Part shown: one piece after another, positions 51,220 through 60,902 of the stretch
How positions within the stretch are numbered: position 1 is the stretch's first letter
Layout of the letters: every line of letters begins with the position of its first letter
Source: Methanoregula sp.
GTDB lineage: Archaea > Halobacteriota > Methanomicrobia > Methanomicrobiales > Methanospirillaceae
Length of the DNA: 64,000 nt
NCBI GenBank assembly: GCA_039698055.1
Contig: JBDKTL010000048.1
Location: forward strand, 1 to 64,000
Reading direction: 5' to 3'
Program-made: the position numbers and the translations under genes
Notes under the pieces: model-generated
What the model was told of the DNA's origin: nothing
Seen by the model: only the letters and a program-made list of their open reading frames with translations
Databases searched by the model: none

Positions 51220-53052
51220 ATGACCCTTCATTCCATCCTTAAAAGGACCGGCACGAGGCTTGAAAATTTTGAGATGATCCTCTTGGGCACGCATCTCAGC
51301 CGGGATCTCCAGTCTGCCCACCTGCCGGTTACCGCAGAGCAGTACCTGCGCACAACACGGATCAATCTTGCCGCATCCGCTGCACTATTTCTGGGTTTTT
51401 TTGCACTGGTATCGTTGACCGGCTTCGACTTTGGACTTTTTATGTTCATCCCACCGCCCCTCTTCTGGATCCTCGTATTTCTCGGCATGGTGCCCGGGTT
51501 GTACCTGTTCCAGGTGTATTATCCGGTCATTATTGCCCGGGGAAGGAAAACCCGGATCGATCTCGAACTTTCCTATGCAGTCTCGTACATGCAGGCACTC
51601 TCCACCACGATGTCCCCGTTCGAAGTTATCCGGCGCATCTATGAAGAAAAGGCGATGTTTGGGGAAGTGTCCTGCGAGTTTGGCCAGATTGTAAGGGATG
51701 TGGAAATATTTGGCGACGATCTGCTCACGGCCTTGCGAAACCTCCAGCAGACCACGCCCTCGCCACTCATGCGGGATTTTCTCAATGATTTGGGCATCGT
51801 CTTTGAGAGCGGGGGTGACATTACCGCTTACCTTTCGTCAAAAACGGATTACTTCCATGAACAGGCACGGCGTGAACTTGACGTGGTGCTTAAAACGATC
51901 GAGATCATGGCCGAGGTGTATGTCTCGGCGTTTGTTGCCGGGCCGATCGCGTTGATCATCATGATTGTTGCACAGGGCATGACCAGCAAGGGAACGATGG
52001 CATGGCTCCTGCCATTCATGTATCTCTGCATACCGGCAGGTGCAATTCTCATGATCTGGATCCTCTCCCTTATGTTACCTTCGGAAAACCTTGAGATCAG
52101 CAGGCACGGGATCAGGGAGTTTGATTCCAGTTCAGGTGTTCCCATACTGGCGGGTAATACCCCGGGCGATCGTGAGTTCTACCAGCATATCGAAGCAAAG
52201 AAAAAACGGTTCCGGATATACGACCAGCTGCGTCACCCTTTCCGTACTTATATTTCCCATTACACGTACGGGATAATCGCCGGCAGTACCTGTGCCGGGT
52301 TGTTCGCGGTTCTTCTCCTCACCGGTTCACTTGAAAAACTGTTCCCGAAAACTGCGTTCGAGGCGAGTGTCTGCATGCTCGTCATCGGCTTTGTGGCACC
52401 AATTTCGCTCGCGTATGAAGGGCGCCGGTGGTATGTCAATAATATCGAGGAGCATATTCCGGAATTCCTGCGGGAACTCTCCGATATGAAAGAGATCGGG
52501 CTTACACTCCCGGATGCCATCCAGCGGATTTCATCTGCCAAACTGGGTCTTTTGAGCTTGGAACTCTCGCACGTATCCCGGGATGTCGGTACCGGTGCCT
52601 ATGTGAATTTCGCCCTTATCCGGATGGAAGAACGCATCGGGCTTATATCGGTCAAACGGGCGATCTCGCTGCTGGTCAAGGCAAGCGAGATCACCTCCAA
52701 CCTGAGCCAGATACTCCTGATTGCCATTGCAGACTTTGAACACTACCTCCGGATGAAGCGCGAACGGTCCAATACGGCAATCGTCTATGTCATGATCATT
52801 TACCTGTCTTTTGGCATTTACCTCTATACGGCGTACCAGCTCAACGGACCCTTCATGTCGAGCTTCCTGACGTACAATATCAATTTCAATCCTGCCCAGA
52901 ACGTTACCGATATGTTCAGGATCGGCATCATCCTTGGCCTGTTCTCCGGTATCATGGCCGGACAGTTCAGTTCGAACAGCATTCTTGCCGGGTTCAAGCA
53001 CAGTATTGTCCTGCTCGCAGCGGCGGTAGCGATGTTTGTATTTATCATCTGA
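51220..53052 (+). CDS. Type II secretion F-domain membrane platform (PilC/FlaJ/TadC-like, two T2SSF domains)
   Basis: FGEVSCEF..G.D..ALR...TPS, PEFLRELS..G.TL, G.FSG.MAG. Confidence 0.9.
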   Translation: MTLHSILKRTGTRLENFEMILLGTHLSRDLQSAHLPVTAEQYLRTTRINLAASAALFLGFFALVSLTGFDFGLFMFIPPPLFWILVFLGMVPGLYLFQVYYPVIIARGRKTRIDLELSYAVSYMQALSTTMSPFEVIRRIYEEKAMFGEVSCEFGQIVRDVEIFGDDLLTALRNLQQTTPSPLMRDFLNDLGIVFESGGDITAYLSSKTDYFHEQARRELDVVLKTIEIMAEVYVSAFVAGPIALIIMIVAQGMTSKGTMAWLLPFMYLCIPAGAILMIWILSLMLPSENLEISRHGIREFDSSSGVPILAGNTPGDREFYQHIEAKKKRFRIYDQLRHPFRTYISHYTYGIIAGSTCAGLFAVLLLTGSLEKLFPKTAFEASVCMLVIGFVAPISLAYEGRRWYVNNIEEHIPEFLRELSDMKEIGLTLPDAIQRISSAKLGLLSLELSHVSRDVGTGAYVNFALIRMEERIGLISVKRAISLLVKASEITSNLSQILLIAIADFEHYLRMKRERSNTAIVYVMIIYLSFGIYLYTAYQLNGPFMSSFLTYNINFNPAQNVTDMFRIGIILGLFSGIMAGQFSSNSILAGFKHSIVLLAAAVAMFVFII

Positions 53053-53065
53053 TTGAGAGGGACCC

Positions 53066-53500
53066 ATGCACACAAACGGCAATAACGGCACCGCAGTTTC
53101 TGAAGTGGTCGGGGAAATGCTCATGATCGGGATTGTGCTCATCCTCGTTTCCGTCTTTTCCGCATCGCTCCCCAATTACCTCCCCTCAGAGCGCAGCCCG
53201 ACGGTTACCATCATGATGAGCAACGATACCGGGGGAAATATAACTCTCTGGCATAAAGGTGGGGACTGGGTAAAGACCGATATACTGAAGATCATTGTCT
53301 CGGACAAAAACGATCATATGACAACCTATACGCTGAAGAGTACCCCCCCATTCATTCCTGTACCCGGCACCCGGGCGTTTGACCTCGATGGAAACCTTAC
53401 TATAATCCCGGGGTATCCATTGGATGGTAACGAGAGCGTTGTCCTTGCCACCGATCGTGCAGTCATCTTCTCCGGTACCGTGGGGCGCGGGTCACCATGA
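53066..53500 (+). CDS. Minor archaeal pilin (class III signal peptide)
   Basis: AVSEVVGEMLMIGIV, HKGGD. Confidence 0.85.
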   Translation: MHTNGNNGTAVSEVVGEMLMIGIVLILVSVFSASLPNYLPSERSPTVTIMMSNDTGGNITLWHKGGDWVKTDILKIIVSDKNDHMTTYTLKSTPPFIPVPGTRAFDLDGNLTIIPGYPLDGNESVVLATDRAVIFSGTVGRGSP

Positions 53501-54462
53501 AGGACGACGCGGTAGCACCGGTGATTGCCGTGATGCTGATCCTTGCGGCCATTGTCACATTCCTGTCGGTCTGGAACGCGGTTTATATCCCGTCCATGAA
53601 ACAATCGGCCGAAGTCGGACACCTCCAGAATGTGGAATCTGCGTTTCTGCACTTCTCATCGGATATCAGGAGGGCCACATCGACACGGGAGGATTTCCTG
53701 ACCTTAAGCGAACCAGTACAGCTGGGGGGAGGGGATTTCTTCTTCAATACACTCAGATCCGGCGGATCGATATCAATCCAGGACGAGCAGAAACCGATCT
53801 ATTACATGTGGCTTGACGATGACTATGAACCCGACGCGGTTGGCACCCTGGTAAATATTTCGTACGAACCACAGGGAAATTTCTGGCAGGACCAGGGATA
53901 CCGCTGGCAGTACGGTTACCTCAATGTGACCAAACGCAGCACCCTCCAGTCTCCGCTAAACTATTACAACATGACCAATGTGAACAGCGAGTTCATGGGT
54001 ACGGGTTCGCTTGCGACATTTGCCGGCTCTTTTGGGGATGTAGAGTATACCCTTAACCAGACACTCTTTTTGGACACCGATTCCAACGGGACTGTTGTTT
54101 CCTATTCCCCGCGGGAAGGCAACTGTTCCGGTATCAATCTCTGGGTGACAAATCTATCGGCTTCACCCGATCACCAGTTTGTCAGCAGCAATGGTTTTGG
54201 GACGCTTGAACTGAAGTCAACGGTAACTTCTGTTCCGTATTATGGGGTTTTGAATATCACGATTGGTTCTGACCAGGAACCCTTCGGGAATGCGACGTTC
54301 AGGAACTGGAATTCAGGTTTCACTGCGCTTGCCGGAGCATGTCCAAGCAATATACATCTGGCAGATTCTCAGGACGGTTATATATCCTACACCGTATTAC
54401 AGCAGGTCAGCCCGGTCAATGTCACGCTTAATGTGGCAAATATTATAATCGGGGCGTACTGA
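53497..54462 (+). CDS. Pilin-like protein with class III signal peptide
   Basis: DDAVAPVIAVMLIL..YIPSMKQSAEVGH. ATGA overlap with the upstream pilin. Confidence 0.75.
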   Translation: MKDDAVAPVIAVMLILAAIVTFLSVWNAVYIPSMKQSAEVGHLQNVESAFLHFSSDIRRATSTREDFLTLSEPVQLGGGDFFFNTLRSGGSISIQDEQKPIYYMWLDDDYEPDAVGTLVNISYEPQGNFWQDQGYRWQYGYLNVTKRSTLQSPLNYYNMTNVNSEFMGTGSLATFAGSFGDVEYTLNQTLFLDTDSNGTVVSYSPREGNCSGINLWVTNLSASPDHQFVSSNGFGTLELKSTVTSVPYYGVLNITIGSDQEPFGNATFRNWNSGFTALAGACPSNIHLADSQDGYISYTVLQQVSPVNVTLNVANIIIGAY

Positions 54463-54583
54463 CGTACGACCCGGCACCTAAAAAAGAGAGTTTCACTTCA
54501 GCGATACAGTTGTGGTGGCCGTGATGCCGGTATCCTATAAGTACAGGACGGTTCAATAAAAAATCAGACAGGAGTGAGAAGAG

Positions 54584-55156
54584 ATGCGCAAAGTTTTATT
54601 GATGAATGGAAGCCCGAGGCCTGATGGGAACACGGCATTCGCATTAAAAGAATGTGCCAAAGCCATCGAGGCTGCCGGTGTTGAGACAGAGACCATATCG
54701 CTTGCCGGAAAAAATATCCAGTCCTGTACTGCCTGCATGAGCTGCTTTGAGAATAAAAAATGCGCCATTGACGACGGGCTCAACGAAATCATCGACCAGA
54801 TCAAAGAATCGGACGGTTTTATTGTGGGTGCACCGGTCTATTTTGGGACCCCCCGGGGAGATGTATTGTCGGCGCTCCAGCGGATCGGCTATGTCTCTCT
54901 TGCATCGGGAGGATTTTTATCCCGCAAGGTGGGCGGCCCGGTTTCCCTTGCGGCTAATGAGGGTATTCTGGCATCCAACCAGGACATGCTGGTCTTTTTC
55001 CTGGCAAACGACATGATTGTCCCGGGAACCGACCTGATGTGCGGGGCAAAAGGGCAGAAGCCGGGCGACGTCGCCCATGACGAACGGGGGCTTGCGAATA
55101 TCCGGAAGTTTGGCGATAACGTCGCGTTCCTCATCAACCTGTTGGGGAAGAACTAA
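54584..55156 (+). CDS. Iron-sulfur flavoprotein (Isf) / NADPH-dependent FMN reductase family
   Basis: GSPRPDGNT, CxxCxxCx5C (CTACMSCFENKKC), PVYFG. Confidence 0.9.
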   Translation: MRKVLLMNGSPRPDGNTAFALKECAKAIEAAGVETETISLAGKNIQSCTACMSCFENKKCAIDDGLNEIIDQIKESDGFIVGAPVYFGTPRGDVLSALQRIGYVSLASGGFLSRKVGGPVSLAANEGILASNQDMLVFFLANDMIVPGTDLMCGAKGQKPGDVAHDERGLANIRKFGDNVAFLINLLGKN

Positions 55157-55216
55157 AAAACCAATAATCTCTTTTGAGGATTTATTGTTTTTAAAAAATG
55201 ATGGGAATGAAATCTC

Positions 55217-55384
55217 TCACACCCCCATCCCCGTAATAATACCCACCACCTGCTGCACCGTCACCAGATCCACCACCCGGGCCAGCACGACGACCAAGCT
55301 CCGGAACACCTTCTTCACCTGCTCGTTCTTCCAGAGCGCGGTAAGGATCGCATCTGTGTCCGCCTTCATTGCCCGCTGGATCAA
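55217..55384 (-). pseudogene. Probable orphan C-terminal gene fragment
   Basis: Frame reads IQRAMKADTDAILTALWKNEQVKKVFRSLVVVLARVVDLVTVQQVVGIITGMGV* with strong GC3 codon bias and no convincing upstream continuation. Confidence 0.35.
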
Positions 55385-56322
55385 TTTGGGCAGGAATAAA
55401 AATGATCAACCGGCTGGGATATTCCCCCATTTCCGCATCAATTGAATCCGGACTGTAGTTCAGGAATATTCGGATCGCCACCCGAATCCTCATTCTCTTC
55501 GGCCATCCTTGATCATGACCTAACAAGAGAGAAGTGTATGGCAGACCATGAAAGAAACGCACCACACACATGGATCTGCAGGAAACAATGTCATGAACAT
55601 ACTATCAAGCGAGATATTCGGGACCAGAAGTTCCATCAGGGGCTTTTGGTCCCCCGCCAGCAACCCTCCTGACGAGCCGTGTCGCAGCTACAGGCACGGT
55701 TCATGGAAGAATAACAGAAATATCAGGGGAGGTGAACCGGGAAACCCGCTGCCATGCAAAAAAAGTGAATTATCCTCACTAACCTCATAGGAACAGGCGT
55801 CATGCCACACACCGTCTGCTCATATGCAATCTCATTTCAATTTCGCAGCGGGAACGCTAACCACGCTGCGATCAGAACTTTCGACACCAAAAACACATTT
55901 TTATTGTCTTTTAACCTGGGGTACTCTGTTTCATCATGCTACCATAATGCCATGTCCCCGAGAGATAACCAGGCTTACCCGGTCACACCAGACCCCGTTA
56001 CATCCCCTTGGCAGGGATTTTTTAACGGGATCGCAGATCGGAGAGCGAATTACACGGATCAAGGAACATAAAAACACTTAAACCCCAATCCTGGACCAGC
56101 ACTGCAGTACCGATCTCACCGGCATATGCAGGGTCAGTTCGGTATTACGGGGTGTCTCTCCATGTTACGCAATCTTCATTCTTGAAATAATAGGATTTGC
56201 GCACCCATCCACGGTATTATCTGGTAGTTATCAGGGTAGTCCTCACCAGATTCGGTTTTCCAGCGAATTAAAAACGGTTATGGCAGCCAGACACACTAAC
56301 AGACGGCTACCATGATTCTTAT

Positions 56323-56766
56323 TTAATTCGCCCTGGCTTTTCTGATACGGGAATACGCATCAAACGAATTAATCTCTGTGGAGATCTGGGGATGTTCTTT
56401 GATGAACAAGAGAAACATCCGGAACTGTTCGATGGTCTCCGGGTGGAGCTCGTGCTCCATCATACAGGCATCCTTCTCCGCGATATCATGAGATACATTC
56501 ATGATCTCAAGAAATGATCGGAGCGTGACATGGCGATCCCGGATAACTTCGGCGATCTTGCGCCCCTCCGGAGTCAGCGTAACCCCTTCGTACTTCCGGT
56601 ACGTGATCATCCCCATCTTAGCGAGTTTCTGGACCATTTCGACAACTGTGGGGGGCTGGATGCAGAGTTCCCGTGCAATATCCTTGGTGCGTGCATACCC
56701 CTTCTCAAGCGAGGCGTTCAAGATCGCTTCCAGGTAATCCTCCGCTTTCCGGCTGAGTGCATGCAT
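56323..56766 (-). CDS. DtxR/MntR-family metal-dependent repressor (short form)
   Basis: EDYLEAI, PPTVVEM, RH..L..FL, DACMMEH. Confidence 0.92.
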   Translation of the reverse strand: MHALSRKAEDYLEAILNASLEKGYARTKDIARELCIQPPTVVEMVQKLAKMGMITYRKYEGVTLTPEGRKIAEVIRDRHVTLRSFLEIMNVSHDIAEKDACMMEHELHPETIEQFRMFLLFIKEHPQISTEINSFDAYSRIRKARAN

Positions 56767-56794
56767 GATCGATCTTGGTTCCTGGGGATATATA

Positions 56795-56814
56795 AATTTA
56801 GTACAACCTAAATT
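56795..56814. promoter_or_regulatory. DtxR/MntR-type operator AATTTAGtacaacCTAAATT
   Basis: Core TTTAGTACAACCTAAA matches the 37904 box at 14/16 positions. Lies in the divergent regulator/feoA promoter next to a TATATA element. Confidence 0.75.
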
Positions 56815-56934
56815 CAGTTGTCCGCGCTGGAATTTTGGATCAGAGCGAATATCCTAATATTTTTTGATGACTTGCCAGATACCCGAACATTGTTCGGGCA
56901 CCCGTTATCTCACCCGAATATCTGATATTCCTGC

Positions 56935-57216
56935 ATGGAAATAACAGAATCAAAACCGGAAGGTGTTTCCTTAAGCGGGGATATTACCACGCTCGACCGG
57001 ATAGCACCCCCGGACACCTGCCGCGTGGTCATGGTGCCGGCCCGCGGCCCGGTCCGCCAGCGGCTGCTGGCTCTCGGCTTTGTCCCGGGTGCAATCATTG
57101 AAGCAGTACGGGCAGCCCCGCTTGGCGACCCGATCGAATACAAGGTGAAAGGTGCCTGCATCTCGCTCAGGAAAGAGGATGCACGACTCATCTCCGTGAT
57201 CCCCGGGGGTGCATGA
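56935..57216 (+). CDS. feoA: FeoA
   Basis: RQRLLALGFVPG..APLGDPIEY..SLRKEDA. Confidence 0.92.
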   Translation: MEITESKPEGVSLSGDITTLDRIAPPDTCRVVMVPARGPVRQRLLALGFVPGAIIEAVRAAPLGDPIEYKVKGACISLRKEDARLISVIPGGA

Positions 57217-57464
57217 TGACACAGACCATCCCCCTCTCATTCCTCACACCCGGGACAGAAGCCACGGTTGCCGATGTCCGGGCAGGCTGCGGCATGCTTC
57301 GCCGGCTCGCGGCCATGGGCATTCACCCCGAGAGCCGGGTGACCGTGATCTGTTCCGACCGGGGTTCGCTGATCGTATCGGTTGCCGGAACACGGTATGC
57401 CCTCTCAAGAGGTATGGCCATGAAGATCCTCGTCGGCACAGCGGCCGGAATGGGGGCAGTATGA
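57213..57464 (+). CDS. feoA: FeoA (second copy)
   Basis: RRLAAMGI..ALSRGMAMKILV. ATGA coupled on both sides. Confidence 0.88.
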   Translation: MMTQTIPLSFLTPGTEATVADVRAGCGMLRRLAAMGIHPESRVTVICSDRGSLIVSVAGTRYALSRGMAMKILVGTAAGMGAV

Positions 57465-59464
57465 AAAAGACGATCCGGATCGCGCTTGCCGGCAACCCGA
57501 ACGTGGGCAAGAGCACCATCTTCAATGCCCTGACCGGCTCCCGCCAGCATGTGGGCAACTGGCCCGGTGTGACTGTCGAGAAGAAGAGCGGATTTGCCAA
57601 ATGCCAGGACTACGAGATCGAGATCGTGGATCTCCCCGGCACCTACAGCCTGACCGCGTACTCAATCGACGAAGTGGTGGCCCGCGATTATATCATCGAT
57701 GAGAAACCCGATGTCGTCGTTCATGTCGTAGATGCCACCAACTTCGAACGGAACCTGTACCTTACCACCCAGCTCATGGAACTGGGGGTGCCGCTCGTCA
57801 TGGCCCTCAACATGTCGGACATGGCAGAAAAGGCCGGTACCGCCATCGACCGGGCGTCCATGAAGAAGTTCTTCGAGATCCCGGTGGTCAGGACCGTTGG
57901 CAGCAAAGCAGAAGGTCTCGACGAACTCCTCCGGACCGCGGTCCACGAAGCCGAAACCTCGCCCCACCACGAACACGCCATCGGGTATGGCGACGCGATC
58001 GAACGCACCATCTCCGATCTCGTTGCTGCCTTGGGGAATGATCCCGCCCTTGCTGCCCGGTACCCGCCCCGCTGGCTGGCCATCCGCCTGCTGGAAGGCG
58101 ACGAGAATGCAAAGGACAAACTCGCCGGCAGCCCGGCGCGGGCACCAGTACTGACCCTGCTTGAAAAAACAGACCTCGCCGAGACCGAAGCCGCCATGGC
58201 GGACCGGCGGTATGATGTTATCGCCGCACTCCTGCCGCAGGTCTGTACCACCTGTGTCAAAGAGATGAACTCCTCGGACCTGATCGACCGGGTGATCACC
58301 AACCGGTATCTCGGTATCCCGATCTTCCTTGCCCTGATGTGGGGGGCATTCCAGCTTACATTCGCTGTTGCCACTCCATTCATGGCAGCGATCGATGCGC
58401 TGTTCGGGTACTGTGCCGGGCTCCTCTCATCGGGAAGCGTGGAACCGGCGTGGCTCGGGTCCCTTCTTGGCGACGGCATCATCGGAGGCGTAGGATCGGT
58501 AATCATCTTCCTGCCCAACATCTTCATCCTCCTCTTCATCCTCTCGCTCCTGGAAGACAGCGGGTACCTTGCCCGGGCCGCGTTCGTCATGGACCGGCTG
58601 ATGTACGCCATCGGCCTGCCGGGCAAGTCTTTCATCCCCATGCTGATCGGGTTCGGGTGCAATGTGCCGGCGATCATGGCAACCCGGACGATCGAGGATC
58701 CAAAAGATCGGCTGCTCACGATCCTGATCAACCCGTTCATGTCCTGCAGTGCACGACTGCCGGTGTACGTCCTCTTTGCCGGCGCATTCTTCCCGGCGAA
58801 TGCGGGAACCGTGGTCTTTGTGTTGTACGTGCTCGGGATCGCCGTCGCGATCGGCTCCGCATGGCTGTTCCGAAAAACCATTCTTCCCGGAAAGCCGGCA
58901 CCGTTCCTCATGGAGATGCCGCCCTACCGCCTGCCCACCCTCTTTACATCGGTACGGCACATGTGGGACCGTGGTTCGATGTACATCCGGAAAGCCGGGG
59001 GTATCATCCTGTTTGCCAGCATCATCGTCTGGGGGCTGGCCACGCTTCCTTACGGGGTCGAGTACGGAAGTGCAAACAGTTATGCCGGCATGCTCGGGCA
59101 TATTATTCAGCCGGTCTTTGCCCCGCTTGGGTTTGACTGGAAGATCGCCGTTGCGCTCCTCTTCGGCTTTGTTGCAAAGGAGATCGTGGTCGGTTCGCTC
59201 GGTGTCCTTTACGGGACCGGGGAAGACGGTGGGTCGCTCCAGAGCGCCCTGCTGGCGGATCCGTCGCTTGGACCGGTCACCGCCTTTGCCCTCATGGTGT
59301 TCGTGCTGCTCTACCTTCCCTGCCTTACTGCCTTTGCGGTCATCCGCAAGGAGACCGGTTCCTGGAAATGGACACTGTTCTCGGTAGGCTATGGCATTGG
59401 CGTGGCGTATCTCCTCGCTCTCATTATTGTGCATCTTGCCCCGGTTGTCCTCGGGAGGATCTGA
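57461..59464 (+). CDS. feoB: Ferrous iron transporter FeoB (copy 2)
   Basis: True start is the ATG at 57461. GNPNVGKS, GNWPGVTVE, DLPGTYS, EDSGYLAR, GFGCNVPA, SCSARL, AKEIVV. Confidence 0.95.
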   Translation: MKKTIRIALAGNPNVGKSTIFNALTGSRQHVGNWPGVTVEKKSGFAKCQDYEIEIVDLPGTYSLTAYSIDEVVARDYIIDEKPDVVVHVVDATNFERNLYLTTQLMELGVPLVMALNMSDMAEKAGTAIDRASMKKFFEIPVVRTVGSKAEGLDELLRTAVHEAETSPHHEHAIGYGDAIERTISDLVAALGNDPALAARYPPRWLAIRLLEGDENAKDKLAGSPARAPVLTLLEKTDLAETEAAMADRRYDVIAALLPQVCTTCVKEMNSSDLIDRVITNRYLGIPIFLALMWGAFQLTFAVATPFMAAIDALFGYCAGLLSSGSVEPAWLGSLLGDGIIGGVGSVIIFLPNIFILLFILSLLEDSGYLARAAFVMDRLMYAIGLPGKSFIPMLIGFGCNVPAIMATRTIEDPKDRLLTILINPFMSCSARLPVYVLFAGAFFPANAGTVVFVLYVLGIAVAIGSAWLFRKTILPGKPAPFLMEMPPYRLPTLFTSVRHMWDRGSMYIRKAGGIILFASIIVWGLATLPYGVEYGSANSYAGMLGHIIQPVFAPLGFDWKIAVALLFGFVAKEIVVGSLGVLYGTGEDGGSLQSALLADPSLGPVTAFALMVFVLLYLPCLTAFAVIRKETGSWKWTLFSVGYGIGVAYLLALIIVHLAPVVLGRI

Positions 59465-59466
59465 TT

Positions 59467-59904
59467 ATGGCATCCCAAGGAAAAACCCTCTTCGCCGCAG
59501 TGTTCGGCACCCTGTACCTGCTCTTTGGGATCGTCATGATCCTGTCAGCGGCAATCCCGTACCTTGCGGAGCTGGCCGGGTCATACCTCATCCCCTCCGA
59601 TCCCGCTGCCGGCTTTGTGCTCTGCGTAGTGGGAATGGTCTTCCTGTTTGCCTGCCAGAGGCTGGCAACGGGTTCAGCCAACGGGCACGCATTCCTCTAT
59701 GTCGGCATGGCGCTGGCCCTGATATTCGGGATCGTTGCACTGCTCTCCCTGCTGGCGCAGGGCGCCGAGATCGTCATCTTTGGGGACGGCGAGCCGTGGG
59801 ACCCGGTCCAGCTCCTGGTCCCGATGGTATACCTTGCTCTGGTGCCGGCCATCGGGCTGTATGCCTGGGGCCGGGAATTCATCAGCAACCTTGCCGGGGT
59901 GTGA
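59467..59904 (+). CDS. Four-TM membrane protein in the feo operon
   Basis: GGAGG RBS, starts MASQGK, four hydrophobic segments. Confidence 0.8.
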   Translation: MASQGKTLFAAVFGTLYLLFGIVMILSAAIPYLAELAGSYLIPSDPAAGFVLCVVGMVFLFACQRLATGSANGHAFLYVGMALALIFGIVALLSLLAQGAEIVIFGDGEPWDPVQLLVPMVYLALVPAIGLYAWGREFISNLAGV

Positions 59905-59906
59905 GC

Positions 59907-60194
59907 ATGGGAGGAACGCTCCAGTCCATTGCACGGATTATCCGTGACGGCAATCTTACCATGACGGAATGCGCCCAGCGTCTCGGGATCTCGCGGGACC
60001 AGCTGGAGAACCGGCTTTTCCTTATGGAGCGACAGGGTTACCTTGCCCGGCAAAAAGATCCGGCTCCCGGCCCGGACTGCGGCTGCGGGCACTGCTGCTC
60101 ATCGTGCAGTAACGGAGAAGGTGCACCCGTTCCGGTCCTTTATACTCTGACTCAGAAAGGGGAGCGGCTTGCACAGGATTCCGGGAGTGCCTGA
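59907..60194 (+). CDS. FeoC-like winged-helix protein with Cys cluster
   Basis: HTH (ECAQRLGISRDQL..MERQGYL), CGCGHCCSSC, YTLTQKG. Last gene of the feo operon. Confidence 0.8.
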   Translation: MGGTLQSIARIIRDGNLTMTECAQRLGISRDQLENRLFLMERQGYLARQKDPAPGPDCGCGHCCSSCSNGEGAPVPVLYTLTQKGERLAQDSGSA

Positions 60195-60298
60195 TTTTCC
60201 GGGTGTGATTCTGCTCTGGCTCCCTTTTTGCCTCTGCGGTAACGACATATCAGTTGACAATAGTTTTTGTGTCTGAATGAATTCGTAATGAGCGATTT

Positions 60299-60679
60299 TT
60301 ACCTCTTACCTGAATTGCAGATATGAATCGGGCAGCCAGGCATCTCATGTCCTCCATGTTCGGAAACCCAGAAAAGCAGCGGGATAAGTTTTTCCCGGAG
60401 ATCTTCCCCGTCCGGCGTCAGGGAATATCTGACGGTGGGTGGCGAGGTTTTGAGGATTTTCTTGTGAACGAGTCCAATCCTCTCAAGATTCTTCAGAGTG
60501 TCCGAGAGGGGCTTGGGACTGATGCATCCCAGTTCTTTCTTGAGCTCATTGAATCCTTTCTCACCTTCATTGCCAAGGATTGCAATGATAAGGAGAGCCC
60601 ATTTCTTTGCAATGATATCGAGAATTCCCAGCAGCGGGCAAAAACAGATCTCTTTTTTTTCCGTTTGCGGTATCTTCAT
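60299..60679 (-). CDS. HxlR-family transcriptional regulator
   Basis: CP..LDIIAKKW, FNELK..ISPKPLS..LK.LE, PPTVRYSLT..G. Confidence 0.92.
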   Translation of the reverse strand: MKIPQTEKKEICFCPLLGILDIIAKKWALLIIAILGNEGEKGFNELKKELGCISPKPLSDTLKNLERIGLVHKKILKTSPPTVRYSLTPDGEDLREKLIPLLFWVSEHGGHEMPGCPIHICNSGKR

Positions 60680-60773
60680 GAATACTACCTATCCCTTGCC
60701 GTACTTTTTGGATTATTAACTATTAAACCGATACTATCTATCGGAATTTAATCACCAATTTTATGAGGTTCCT

Positions 60774-60902
60774 ATGACGAAAAAAGTCCTGTATATCCAA
60801 TACGATGGTACCAATGAAACATGCAACAACTGCAGGGCCATTGTACTTTTCCGGTTGAACGCAAAATCAGATGCCGCAGAACCCGGTGAGGTGCCTGTAT
60901 GA
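60774..60902 (+). CDS. Small 42-aa CxxC peptide upstream of the P1B ATPase (HMA-like)
   Basis: GAGGT RBS. MTKKVLYIQYDGTNETCNNCRAIVLFRLNAKSDAAEPGEVPV*. The stop overlaps the ATPase start (ATGA). Confidence 0.55.
   Translation: MTKKVLYIQYDGTNETCNNCRAIVLFRLNAKSDAAEPGEVPV

Noticed and set aside
57209-57460. His-rich N-terminal extension of FeoB2 in the ORF track
   Set aside because: It overlaps the clear feoA in another frame; the real start is the ATGA-coupled ATG at 57461.
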